Assembly: GCA_022508345.1 (NCBI GenBank)
Contig: JAFLVK010000002.1
Coordinates: forward strand, 151,510-215,509
DNA length: 64,000 nucleotides
Source: Clostridiales bacterium
Lineage (GTDB): Bacteria; Bacillota; Clostridia; Christensenellales; CAG-314
Direction: 5' to 3'
Positions 9,038 to 18,588 of this stretch are shown here, piece after piece. Numbering within the stretch: the stretch's first letter is position 1; each line of letters opens with the position of its first letter. Made by a program: the position numbers and the translations under genes. The notes under the pieces are model-generated. The model made no database searches. It saw only the letters and a program-made list of their open reading frames with translations, and was not told where the DNA came from.

Positions 9038-11164
9038 ATGCAACAGGTTGTAAGACGTTTGAATGAAGCAAAAAAACGCAAAGGCTACACGTTAAAGCAG
9101 TTGTCGGAGCAAAGCGGGTTAACGCTGGGCACCGTAAACAAAATAATGAGCGGAGAATTGCAAAAAATAAAACCGGACAAGCTCAATAAGCTTGCTTTGG
9201 CGCTTGACGTTTCTACGGAATATCTGCTGAACGGCAGTGGGAACACCGCTACCGCAAACGTAAAAAGCGGATACATGGGAATTGTCAAGATTGCATGTAT
9301 TTCCCCCGAAGTGCGCGTTGGCGATTGCGCCTTTAATGCAAACGATATAATTTCTCGCGCGAAAACAGCATACAGCGAAGGCGTTAAAATTGCAATTTTC
9401 CCCGAGCTGTGCTTGACGGGTTACACCTGCGGAGATTTGTTTTTCCAGCAAACACTGCGCAACGCAGCAATTCAATCACTTGAAAGGATTTGCGCAGAGC
9501 TTGCCGATATGGATATGGTGGCCTTAATTGGCTTGCCCATTTGCAGCTTGGGCAAGATGTACAATGCTGCAGCTGTAATATACCACGGGCAAGTACTGGG
9601 TGTTGTACCCAAGAAAAATCTGCCCAACTACAACGAATTTATGGAAAAGCGCCTGTTTTGCGCTTACAACGGCGACAACACCACCATTAACATCGGAGGG
9701 CGCGAAGTTCCGTTTGGAAACAGGCTCCTGTTCGTAAACACTTTGCACCTCGACGTGCGCTTTGCATTGGAAATATGCGAGGACGTGTGGGTTGCCGATT
9801 CGCCGTCAGTGCTGCACTCCTTTGCGGGGGCAAACGCTGTGTTTAACCTGTCCGCAAGCAACGAAACAATTGTAAAAAGCGATTTCCGCAAAAAAATGAT
9901 AGAAATGCAATCTGCTAAATGCAGCGTAATTTACGCATATTGCTCATCTGCTCCGTCGGAATCCACGTCGCAAACTGTTTTTTCCGCGCACAACATAATC
10001 TGCGAAAATGGCGAGTGTCTTGCGGAGGCTGTGCCCTTTACCACAGGATACGCCGAGGCAGCTGTTGACTTTGGCTTTATCGAAAATGAAAGGGCGCGGC
10101 TAGATCACTCCGAATTTCCGCAAGGCTACACCACAGTTGAATTTGCACTGCCGCTAAACGGCTGCGCTCGTGTGTACAAAAGTACGCCATTTGTTCCTAC
10201 AAACCTTGAAGAGCGCAACGCCGTATGTGAAAAGGCGCTTACAATACTTGCCTACGGGCTGAAAAAACGCGTTGAACACGTCAAAGCCAACAAGCTTGTG
10301 CTGGGAATATCCGGCGGAAGCGACAGCACATTGGCGCTTGTAATCTGTGCAAAAGCCTTGAAGCTACTGGGCCGCCCTGCAAGTGATATCCTTGCAATCA
10401 CAATGCCCTGCTTTGGCACCAGCAAGCGAACATTAAACAACAGTATCGCCCTTGCAAACGCTTTTGGCGCAACGCTCAAGCAAATTGATATAACCCAGTC
10501 GGTCACACAACACCTAAAGGACATCAACCACGACTTTACGCCCAACACCACCTACGAAAATGCGCAAGCACGTGAACGCACACAGGTATTGATGGACATT
10601 GCCAACGACGTAAACGGGCTTGTTGTGGGAACGGGCGACATGTCGGAAGCAGCCCTGGGCTGGGCAACCTTTAACGGCGATCAGATGTCAATGTACGCCG
10701 CAAACGCTGCTGTCCCCAAAACATTGGTGAAAGCAATATTGCGCTACGTTGCCGACACCAACGGCAAGGCAGTACACGACGTCATAACGGACATACTGGA
10801 CACACCCGTCTCCCCCGAACTGCTACCGCTTAGTACCGATGGCGAGATTGCACAAATAACGGAGGACGTGGTAGGTCCGTACGAACTGCACGATTACTTC
10901 CTGTTCATGATGGTACGCAAGGGCTTCACTCCTGCCAAGGTTTACCAATTGGCTAAGCTGTCATTTCAAGGCAAGTACGACAGCGAAACAATCTTGAAAT
11001 GGTTGAAGTTCTTTACACGTCGGTTCTTCACACAACAGTTCAAACGCAGCTGCGCGCCCGACAGCGTGCGCCTTGGCTCGGTGGACATCTCCAAGATGGG
11101 ACTGCGCATTCCCAGTGATGCAAGCTATGAAGTGTGGTTATCCGAATTAGACAATTTAGAATAG
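9038..11164 (+). CDS. nadE: Glutamine-dependent NAD+ synthetase with N-terminal XRE HTH fusion
   Basis: Nitrilase triad (FPELCLTGY, PKKNLPNY, EICEDVW); synthetase motifs GISGGSDS, ENAQARERT, FKRSC; residues 1-65 form an XRE HTH. Confidence 0.9.
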   Translation: MQQVVRRLNEAKKRKGYTLKQLSEQSGLTLGTVNKIMSGELQKIKPDKLNKLALALDVSTEYLLNGSGNTATANVKSGYMGIVKIACISPEVRVGDCAFNANDIISRAKTAYSEGVKIAIFPELCLTGYTCGDLFFQQTLRNAAIQSLERICAELADMDMVALIGLPICSLGKMYNAAAVIYHGQVLGVVPKKNLPNYNEFMEKRLFCAYNGDNTTINIGGREVPFGNRLLFVNTLHLDVRFALEICEDVWVADSPSVLHSFAGANAVFNLSASNETIVKSDFRKKMIEMQSAKCSVIYAYCSSAPSESTSQTVFSAHNIICENGECLAEAVPFTTGYAEAAVDFGFIENERARLDHSEFPQGYTTVEFALPLNGCARVYKSTPFVPTNLEERNAVCEKALTILAYGLKKRVEHVKANKLVLGISGGSDSTLALVICAKALKLLGRPASDILAITMPCFGTSKRTLNNSIALANAFGATLKQIDITQSVTQHLKDINHDFTPNTTYENAQARERTQVLMDIANDVNGLVVGTGDMSEAALGWATFNGDQMSMYAANAAVPKTLVKAILRYVADTNGKAVHDVITDILDTPVSPELLPLSTDGEIAQITEDVVGPYELHDYFLFMMVRKGFTPAKVYQLAKLSFQGKYDSETILKWLKFFTRRFFTQQFKRSCAPDSVRLGSVDISKMGLRIPSDASYEVWLSELDNLE

Positions 11165-11227
11165 AAAGATAGTAAAAAAACAACCGCAACAATGTATTGC
11201 AGACCGAAATACAGGAGGTGAAGCGAC

Positions 11228-11911
11228 ATGCGAATGAGATTGAAGAAACACTTGGACGAACGAATTGCCGATTGCTCCACCATCTTGCTGGCACGAGAAG
11301 GCGACGAATTCTACAAGCTGAGTGAAAGTGAAAAGCAACAGTTTATGCAACAGCTGCACACCGTTTTTGACGGAGAACGAAGCAAGCTTCCATTGACGCT
11401 TGAAATAGGTTGTGGCAAGGGGGTATGGGCAATACAGTCGGCTAGGCTGCACCCCGACATCAACTACATAGGCGTGGAAAAGCTCAGCAACGTGATTGTC
11501 GTTGCATGCGAAAATGCTCAGGAACTAAATTTACCGAACTTGAAATTTTTGAATGTTCGCGCAGAAAATCTAGGTTACTACTTGCCACCGCATTCGGTAG
11601 ATACAATCGCGCTCAACTTCTCCTGCCCTTTCCCCAAAAAGACGTACGCCAACAGACGGCTGACAAGCAGGAACTTCCTGAGCCTGTACAAACGGCTGTT
11701 GAAAGAAGAGGGCGTAATCTGTCAAAAAACCGACGACTTGAATTTCTTTGAATGGTCTGTTGAAAGCCTAAAGGAAAACGGCTACGAGGTGTACAACGTC
11801 TGCTACGACCTACCCGCTGATGCCTGCGGAAATATCGTAACGGAATACGAAGCAAAGTTCCGCTCTATCGGAAAACCCATCTATTCATTGAATGCCAAAG
11901 TAAAAAAATAA
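11228..11911 (+). CDS. trmB: tRNA (guanine-N7)-methyltransferase
   Basis: LEIGCGKG, LNFSCPFPKK..RRLT, KTDD and TEYEAKF motifs. Confidence 0.93.
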   Translation: MRMRLKKHLDERIADCSTILLAREGDEFYKLSESEKQQFMQQLHTVFDGERSKLPLTLEIGCGKGVWAIQSARLHPDINYIGVEKLSNVIVVACENAQELNLPNLKFLNVRAENLGYYLPPHSVDTIALNFSCPFPKKTYANRRLTSRNFLSLYKRLLKEEGVICQKTDDLNFFEWSVESLKENGYEVYNVCYDLPADACGNIVTEYEAKFRSIGKPIYSLNAKVKK

Positions 11912-11936
11912 CAACACTTTACTCAATAAAAGATTA

Positions 11937-11968
11937 AGCACTGCAAAATGTTTTGCAGTGCTTTTTTT
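11937..11968 (+). terminator. Intrinsic terminator
   Basis: AAGCACTGCAAAA-TG-TTTTGCAGTGCTT followed by a T-run. Confidence 0.75.
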
Positions 11969-12081
11969 GCCAAAATACGCAAAATATAATGTTTTTATAT
12001 CATAATTTCAATATTATGCCTGTAATAGTATGCTATTTTTAGTTAAATTTTCAAGTAATTGGGTGTTTTTTCAGTTTTATG

Positions 12082-12948
12082 TTAAAACAGCCCTATCTCC
12101 TGAAGGACGTTCCGTGTTGTAACACCGTCAGGCAGTGAGTAGCGCAACTGATGCATTGTAAAGGGAAGAACACTACCATCGGTTAGCTTGATTAAGCGGT
12201 AATTTACACGAAGCCGCTCCGCATTGTCCACAATTGAAGCGCGAACAGACGGCTTTGAAATACTGTTGGCATTTGCCAAAATACCGTCCAACGAACCATA
12301 CTGACGGAGCAAGCTTGCTGCAGTTTTGGGGCCAACCTTTGGCGCGCCCTTTATGTTGTCCGCAACGTCGCCCACCATTGCCTTGAAGTCGGCATACTGT
12401 TGCGGCTCGATACCGAACCTGTTGCGAACAAAATCGGGAGTACAAATATAACTGTTCTTACCGCGGTAACGAAGTACCGAAACCTTGTCGTTAATAAGCT
12501 GGAAAAAGTCACTGTCAAATGAAGAAATTACAATTTCAATTTCTTCTTTATTTTCTTGTTGTCCTGCACCACGCGTTAAAGCGTAGGCTGCTATCCAGTC
12601 GTCTGTTTCGCAGCAGGTTGTTTCGGCGTGCTTTATCCCAAGATAGTCCAACGCCATGTAAATTCCGTCAAGCTGGGAAAAGGGATTGTCGCCCTCCTCC
12701 ACCTGGCTGTAATCGGGACGGTTAGCCTTGTACTCATCTAGGAGTGCACTGCGCTCATTTGCACACTCACCGTCGAACAGCACAGCAACATGAGTCGGGG
12801 CCACCATTCGTATGATTTTCAGTAGCGCCCCCACAAAGCCCATTACGCCATGCACAGGCTTGCCGTTGCTGTCCATTATCCGCGCGGGCATGCCGTAAAA
12901 CATTTGAAATAGCAAATTGCTTCCGTCAACTAGCAATAACTTGTCCAT
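12082..12948 (-). CDS. Stand-alone 5'-3' exonuclease / flap endonuclease (PolA N-terminal family)
   Basis: LLVDGSNL, ETDDWI, SFDSDFFQL and GDVADNIKGAPKVGPKTA (H3TH) motifs. Confidence 0.9.
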   Translation of the reverse strand: MDKLLLVDGSNLLFQMFYGMPARIMDSNGKPVHGVMGFVGALLKIIRMVAPTHVAVLFDGECANERSALLDEYKANRPDYSQVEEGDNPFSQLDGIYMALDYLGIKHAETTCCETDDWIAAYALTRGAGQQENKEEIEIVISSFDSDFFQLINDKVSVLRYRGKNSYICTPDFVRNRFGIEPQQYADFKAMVGDVADNIKGAPKVGPKTAASLLRQYGSLDGILANANSISKPSVRASIVDNAERLRVNYRLIKLTDGSVLPFTMHQLRYSLPDGVTTRNVLQEIGLF

Positions 12949-12951
12949 AAA

Positions 12952-13152
12952 CTAAATATCCGATAAACCCAACAGATAGTCGGCTGAGCAATCGAAATAT
13001 TTGCATAACTCAGCAATCTGCGATGCCTTGGGTTCGTTCGCACCACTGCACCAGTTTACAACCGTTTGTTTGCTTAGCTTCAATTCCTTGGCTAGTCGAT
13101 ACATTGTAATATTGTTTTGTTTCAACTCATTTTTTAATCTTTCTGCAAACAT
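12952..13152 (-). CDS. Small XRE HTH regulator
   Basis: FAERLKNEL..MYRLAKELKLSKQTVVNW..ADYLLG. Confidence 0.85.
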   Translation of the reverse strand: MFAERLKNELKQNNITMYRLAKELKLSKQTVVNWCSGANEPKASQIAELCKYFDCSADYLLGLSDI

Positions 13153-13173
13153 ATAACACCTTCTGCAACTATT

Positions 13174-13250
13174 ATACTAAAAAGTTGGACTAAACTCTTG
13201 ACAAGTCCAACAATTTGGACTATTGTATTATTAGTCCAATATATTAGACT
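13174..13250. promoter_or_regulatory. Three 18-bp operators (AGTCCAA-N4-TTGGACT) overlapping divergent promoters
   Basis: 13204-13221 is perfect; 13233-13250 is AGTCCAA-TATA-TTAGACT; 13174-13191 is ATACTAA-AAAG-TTGGACT; TTGACA at 13198. Confidence 0.75.
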
Positions 13251-13291
13251 GTATACAACATAATTTTCATTTTAGGAGGTTTTATTAGCAG

Positions 13292-13525
13292 ATGAATGAG
13301 AAAACAAAAGAGAGATTTAGAGAGCTGGTAGATAGTACGGAATTAACAAAAACTGAATGTGCCAGACAAATTGGAATATCCTACACCACTTTTAATAAAA
13401 TTTACAGCTATGGAAAATTAACGCGAATTCGTATAGCTTTTCTAGTTGCAAACTATTTTAATATATCCCTAGATTATCTCGCAGGACACACAGACGACAA
13501 AGAAATAAAAAGCCACCGACATTAA
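13292..13525 (+). CDS. Small XRE/Cro-like HTH regulator
   Basis: LTKTECARQIGISYTTF..VANYFNISLDYLAG; RBS AGGAGG. Confidence 0.8.
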   Translation: MNEKTKERFRELVDSTELTKTECARQIGISYTTFNKIYSYGKLTRIRIAFLVANYFNISLDYLAGHTDDKEIKSHRH

Positions 13526-13608
13526 AGTCGATGGCACCTCGCCGGTGAGGCAAGTTAAATAATTCAGTATAAAATTTCCGACAAAAATTATATAAAATTT
13601 TTCGTAGG

Positions 13609-13785
13609 TTTGAGGCTGTCAGAAGCAAGCAAGACGAGGCAAGCGCGCAAGAGCTATGCTCGCAGCGGGGAACTGTATTTAGCGTACATACTCCACTTCG
13701 TTCCGTGGCGTTCGCTTCGCTCGGCTGAGGACCCGCAGGAAAGCGGAGCTTAACATAGTATTGCGTAGCTTATCACCGTCTCAAA
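13609..13785. repeat. ERIC-like hairpin repeat, family A copy 2 (with internal insert)
   Basis: Terminal inverted repeats TTTGAGGCTGTCAGAAGC / GCTTATCACCGTCTCAAA. Confidence 0.65.
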
Positions 13786-16284
13786 CTATTCTTTGTCGGA
13801 GGAAGTGCAATACCGTAATACCTTTGCTACGGCTATACCACCGCGTTTGCCTTGCGGAAGCTTGCCCTTGTGGTTTTTGCCCTCAACACTTACGTCACCG
13901 CTGTCCACTACAAGGGTAGACGCTTTGTCGTAGATTGCAATCTTAAACGGTGTGCCGTTCATGTAGCTTGCAAAGGCAATGTCCGAGCCGTTGTTGCCGA
14001 ACTCGATACCCTTTGCACCCTTACAGTTGCGGGCGTGCTTGGTGATTTCCGTGACGGGAAGGCGTTTCATAAAGCCCTTGTTGGTCACCATCAGCGCTTC
14101 GCCCTTGTCCTTGACAACCTGTCCACCAAACACGATATATTCGGCATCGCCAAGATTGATACAGCGTACACCGCCTGCAACCCTGCCCTGAAGCGGAATT
14201 TCGCTCACGTCAAAGCGTGTGCAGCCACCGCGGTTGGTAACGTAGAAAATTTCAGTATTGGGCTTGATTACTTCTACCTTGAACACTTCGTCGCCGTCCT
14301 TGCCCTTGTAGCCTTGGAACACCGACTTCAGCAGTTGGTATTCGCTCCACTCCGAGCGCTTGATGTAGCCCTGGCGTGTGTAGATGAGCAGTTCGCCTCT
14401 TGGTTCTTCGTCCTTGCCCAATACAAATGCGGAAACGGGAATTTCACCCTTTTGCGCCTCGGGGAACACCTGCGACAGGCTAAGTCCTGCATCGCGGTAT
14501 CTAATTTCCGGCAGCTCCCCAACAGTGATACGGAAGCAGTTACCCAAGTTACTGAAGAACATAACTTTGGCGTCCGTTTGAGCCTCCACTGCACGCGTGA
14601 GCAGGTCTGCCGTGGTGGAACCGATAGCATCCTTTTGCGACAGGTTGAAGTTTTTCAACGGGATACGCTTGATTGTGTAATCTGCAGCAATACCCACCAC
14701 AACCGTTTCAACGGGTTTCTCGTCCGTTTCGCTGGGAACAACAACGTCCTCAACAGATTTGCATATTTCCGTTTGGCGCGGAGTTTTGTAGTTGCGCTTG
14801 AGGGTGGACAGCTCCGACTTGATAAGCTCCATTTGTTCGTGCTTGCTGTTAATGATAACATTCAAGCGTGCAATTGTCCTTTCCAGTTCCTGCAGTTCGT
14901 TGACAAGCTTGTTTACTTCCAGCTTGGTGATACGTGCAAGACGTAAATCCAGTATTGCCTGCGCCTGACGTTCACTTAGCTCGAAGCGCGCACGAAGCTT
15001 AGCCCTTGCATCCGACGTTGAGGACGCGTTTTTGATGATTTGTACCACTTCGTCGATGTTTTGTACGGCGATAACCAAGCCTTGAACGATATGAGCGCGT
15101 TCCTTGGCTTCTTCCAGCTCGAACTTGCTGCGGCGAAGAATTACGTCACGTTGATAGGAAACGTAGTAGGCAATGATGTCCAGTAGCCCCATAAGCTGCG
15201 GTTTGCCGTCCGCAATTGCCACCATGTTGATACCGTAGGTCATCTCCAGCTGCGAGTATTTGAGCAGATTTTTTATCATGATGTTTACGTCACAGTCCTT
15301 GCGCAGCTTGATTACGGCGCGCAATCCTTCCTTGTCGCTTTCGTCCACTATTTCGGAAATGCCCTGGAACATCTCCTTCTTTTCGTCCTTGAGTGCGGCA
15401 ATCTTTATCAGCATATCCGCTTTGTTCACGCCGTAGGGAATTTCCGTAATGACAATGTTACGTCTGTCGGCATTGCCCACTTCAACGTGCATCTTGGCGC
15501 GGATTGTAATCTTGCCTTTGCCCGTTTCGTACGCCTGTAGCAGCCCTTCACCGGGGATAACGTGTCCGCCGGTGGGGAAATCGGGCCCCTTGATGATCTT
15601 CATCATGGCGTTCAAGCTAATACGGTTGTTGTCGATAAATGCTATTGTTCCGTCGATAACCTCGGCGAAATTGTGAGGCGGAATGTTGGTAGCAAGCCCT
15701 ACCGCAATACCCGTTGCGCCGTTTACCAACAGATTGGGGAAGCGCCCCGGCAGCATATCCGGTTCCTTGGTTGTGTCGTCGAAGTTGCGCGACCAACGTA
15801 CGGTGTCCTTTTCGATGTCACGCAGCAGCTCTATCGCTACGGGTGACAGCTTAGCCTCGGTGTAACGCATTGCCGCAGCGGAATCGCCGTCGATGTTACC
15901 GAAGTTACCTTGACCTACAATCAAGGGCACATTCATAGAAAATGGCTGAGCCATGCGCACCATTGCATCGTAAATGGAGCTGTCGCCGTGCGGGTGGTAA
16001 CGTCCCATGCAGTCACCCACAATACGCGCAGATTTGCGTGTGGGCTTTTCGGGAGTGTTGCCCTGCTCGTACATGGAGTACAGTATACGGCGCTGTACAG
16101 GCTTCAAGCCGTCCTCTACGCGCGGAAGGGCACGGTCCAGTATAACGTGCTCTGCGTAAGGCATCATGGATTCGTGCATGACTACTTCCATAGGTCTGGT
16201 AAGCAGATTGGAGCCGTCCTCCATTTTTTCTATTTCGCTACGCGCCATATAATTGAATAAATCTTCTTGATTATCGTGCTTCAT
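13786..16284 (-). CDS. parC: Type IIA topoisomerase subunit A (probably Topo IV ParC)
   Basis: [22 protein letters not shown] and AAAMRYTE motifs; no GyrA-box visible at the first CTD blade; not near dnaA in this window. Confidence 0.75.
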   Translation of the reverse strand: MKHDNQEDLFNYMARSEIEKMEDGSNLLTRPMEVVMHESMMPYAEHVILDRALPRVEDGLKPVQRRILYSMYEQGNTPEKPTRKSARIVGDCMGRYHPHGDSSIYDAMVRMAQPFSMNVPLIVGQGNFGNIDGDSAAAMRYTEAKLSPVAIELLRDIEKDTVRWSRNFDDTTKEPDMLPGRFPNLLVNGATGIAVGLATNIPPHNFAEVIDGTIAFIDNNRISLNAMMKIIKGPDFPTGGHVIPGEGLLQAYETGKGKITIRAKMHVEVGNADRRNIVITEIPYGVNKADMLIKIAALKDEKKEMFQGISEIVDESDKEGLRAVIKLRKDCDVNIMIKNLLKYSQLEMTYGINMVAIADGKPQLMGLLDIIAYYVSYQRDVILRRSKFELEEAKERAHIVQGLVIAVQNIDEVVQIIKNASSTSDARAKLRARFELSERQAQAILDLRLARITKLEVNKLVNELQELERTIARLNVIINSKHEQMELIKSELSTLKRNYKTPRQTEICKSVEDVVVPSETDEKPVETVVVGIAADYTIKRIPLKNFNLSQKDAIGSTTADLLTRAVEAQTDAKVMFFSNLGNCFRITVGELPEIRYRDAGLSLSQVFPEAQKGEIPVSAFVLGKDEEPRGELLIYTRQGYIKRSEWSEYQLLKSVFQGYKGKDGDEVFKVEVIKPNTEIFYVTNRGGCTRFDVSEIPLQGRVAGGVRCINLGDAEYIVFGGQVVKDKGEALMVTNKGFMKRLPVTEITKHARNCKGAKGIEFGNNGSDIAFASYMNGTPFKIAIYDKASTLVVDSGDVSVEGKNHKGKLPQGKRGGIAVAKVLRYCTSSDKE

Positions 16285-16301
16285 TTGCCTTTTCCCCCGC
16301 G

Positions 16302-18281
16302 TTAAACAAGTTTGTCAAAGAGAGCGTCGCTATCTTTGTTGAAGTCGGCGTTTTCCGTGATGTACGCCTTGCGCGCGTCAATCTGGTCGCCCATGAGCGT
16401 GGTTACCATACGTTCCGCTTCGGAGAAGTTTTCGATTGTAACACGCATGAGGGTACGAGTTTCGGGATTCATTGTTGTTTCCCACAGCTGTTCGGCGTTC
16501 ATTTCGCCCAAACCCTTGTAACGCTGAAGGTCATATCCTCTGCCAAATTCCTGCACTACTTCCTGAAGCTCAGCGTCGTCGTAAGCATAGCGCACCTTGT
16601 CCTTTTTGGAAATCTTGTACAGCGGCGGCATGCCGATATAAACGTGCCCCTCAGTGATTAGCTCGCGCATATAGCGGAAGAAGAATGTGAGCAGTATTGC
16701 CCTGATGTGTGCGCCGTCTTGGTCGGCATCGGACAGTATGATTATCTTGTCGTATTTGAGGTCGTTAATGTTGAAGTCCTCTTCGCCGATACCCGTATCA
16801 AGTGCGGAAATGAGCGAACGTATTTCCTCATTTGCAAGCACCTGGTCTATCCGTTTACGTTCGGCGTTCAAGGGTTTTCCGCGAAGGGGCAAAATTGCCT
16901 GGAAACGGCGATTGCGCGCCTGCTTTGCGGAGCCACCTGCCGAGTCGCCCTCTACGATAAACAGCTCGTTTTTGGAGGGGTCCTTGCCCGTACTGCTTGC
17001 CAGCTTACCGACAAGAGTTGAGTTGAAAATGCTGTTCTTTTGGCGGGTGACTTCCTTTGCCTTGCGGGCAGCCTCACGCACCTTAGCAGATTGTATCGAT
17101 TTTTTGATAATAGCCTCTGCTACGTCAATGTTGTTGTTTAGCAGCTCGTTAAATGCTTCCGTTGCCAACGCCTCGCAGGCAATACGCGCTTCGACGTTAC
17201 CCAGCTTTGTCTTGGTCTGTCCCTCGAACTGAACATTTGCCATCTTGACGGACATAACAAGGGTAATACCCTCGCGGAAGTCTTCACCGATAAGGTTCTC
17301 CTCTTTGGCTTTCAGGAAGTTTTTGCTACGGGCGTAGTCGTTCATAACCTTGGTCATGGCGGTCTTTAAGCCCGTTTCGTGCATACCGCCCTCACCCGTC
17401 GGGATGTTGTTGACGTAGGAAATGAGATTTTCCGTGTAGCTTGATGTGTATTGGAAGGCAAACTCCAGCTGCAAAACATCGTTTTTGCCACTCCAGTACA
17501 TTGTCTTCAAGTGTAGCGGCGTTTTGTTTTCGTTGAGATACTGCACGAAGTCGACAAGTCCGCCCTCGTAGCAGAAAGTTTCGGTCTTGACGTTGCCGTC
17601 GTCATCCTGACCGCGTTCGTCTGTGAGAATAAACGTGATGCCCTTGTTGAGGAAAGCAAGCTCCTTGATACGCTTGTGTATCACTTCGTAGTCCATTTGG
17701 ATATTTTTGAACACACGGCTGTCGGCAAGGAACGTGATAGTAGAGCCATGCTCCTTGGTGGGTCCAACCTGTGTAAGCTTGTCCATGGGTACACCGCTAA
17801 GCACCTTTTTGGTTTCGGGGTCCTGCGGGCTGTGGAAATGCTGCACATATTCAAAACCACCCTTCTTTACCGTTACGGTCAGCCAAGCGGAAAGCGCGTT
17901 GGTAACGCTTGCGCCTACGCCGTGCAGTCCGCCGGAATACGCGTAGTTGTCGTTGTTGAATTTGCCGCCTGCGTGAAGTTGCGTAAATACAACTTCCACA
18001 CCGGAAATTTTCAACTGCGGATGCTCGTCAACAGGGATACCGCGCCCGTTGTCTGATACCGTTACGCTACCGTCGCGGTGCAAGGTTATCTCAACGCGAT
18101 CGGCGAAGCCGTTTGTAGCTTCGTCAACAGCGTTGTCTACTATCTCCCACAACAGGTGATGAAGTCCGTTTCTGCCCGTTGTACCGATGTACATACCGGG
18201 ACGCATACGCACCGCGTCCAGCCCCTCCAACACCTGGATATCTTTTGCTTCGTAAGATTTGCTCACTTGTTTTTCCTCCAT
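16302..18281 (-). CDS. parE: Type IIA topoisomerase subunit B (probably ParE)
   Basis: [31 protein letters not shown] and DADQDG motifs. Confidence 0.75.
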   Translation of the reverse strand: MEEKQVSKSYEAKDIQVLEGLDAVRMRPGMYIGTTGRNGLHHLLWEIVDNAVDEATNGFADRVEITLHRDGSVTVSDNGRGIPVDEHPQLKISGVEVVFTQLHAGGKFNNDNYAYSGGLHGVGASVTNALSAWLTVTVKKGGFEYVQHFHSPQDPETKKVLSGVPMDKLTQVGPTKEHGSTITFLADSRVFKNIQMDYEVIHKRIKELAFLNKGITFILTDERGQDDDGNVKTETFCYEGGLVDFVQYLNENKTPLHLKTMYWSGKNDVLQLEFAFQYTSSYTENLISYVNNIPTGEGGMHETGLKTAMTKVMNDYARSKNFLKAKEENLIGEDFREGITLVMSVKMANVQFEGQTKTKLGNVEARIACEALATEAFNELLNNNIDVAEAIIKKSIQSAKVREAARKAKEVTRQKNSIFNSTLVGKLASSTGKDPSKNELFIVEGDSAGGSAKQARNRRFQAILPLRGKPLNAERKRIDQVLANEEIRSLISALDTGIGEEDFNINDLKYDKIIILSDADQDGAHIRAILLTFFFRYMRELITEGHVYIGMPPLYKISKKDKVRYAYDDAELQEVVQEFGRGYDLQRYKGLGEMNAEQLWETTMNPETRTLMRVTIENFSEAERMVTTLMGDQIDARKAYITENADFNKDSDALFDKLV

Positions 18282-18544
18282 ACCTCGCCGCGTACACCGC
18301 CGATGAGGCAACTAGTATAATGTATAATGATATTTAATTATATACATATATACTATATCATAAACCGTTTGCATTTGCAAGCAAAATTTTTATATTTATA
18401 CACTGAATTTAAGCCTTTTTTTGTGTTAAAAATGATTATACAGAATTATTTGCATAAATATCATTTTTTACGCATAAATATACACACTGTATGCATATTT
18501 ATTCACATATGCATATGTATCGCACAGGTAATTTGCAACAAAGA

Positions 18545-18571
18545 AGCCTCCCCAGTAAAAGGGAAGGCTTT
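18545..18571 (-). terminator. Intrinsic terminator
   Basis: AAGCCT-CCC...GGG-AAGGCTT hairpin after the 18589 stop. Confidence 0.5.
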
Positions 18572-18588
18572 GTTAACTTGTGTAGAGG

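Noticed and set aside
13536-13555. ACCTCGCCG...TGAGGCAA resemblance to 18282-18312, flanking parE-parC as if a direct repeat
   Set aside because: Short and gapped; the second copy includes the parE RBS; no mobility genes nearby.
13852-14946. 364-aa plus-strand ORF, and other long antisense ORFs (33629-34804, 63098-63889, 58809-59447)
   Set aside because: Shadow frames opposite well-supported genes; no motifs or RBS.
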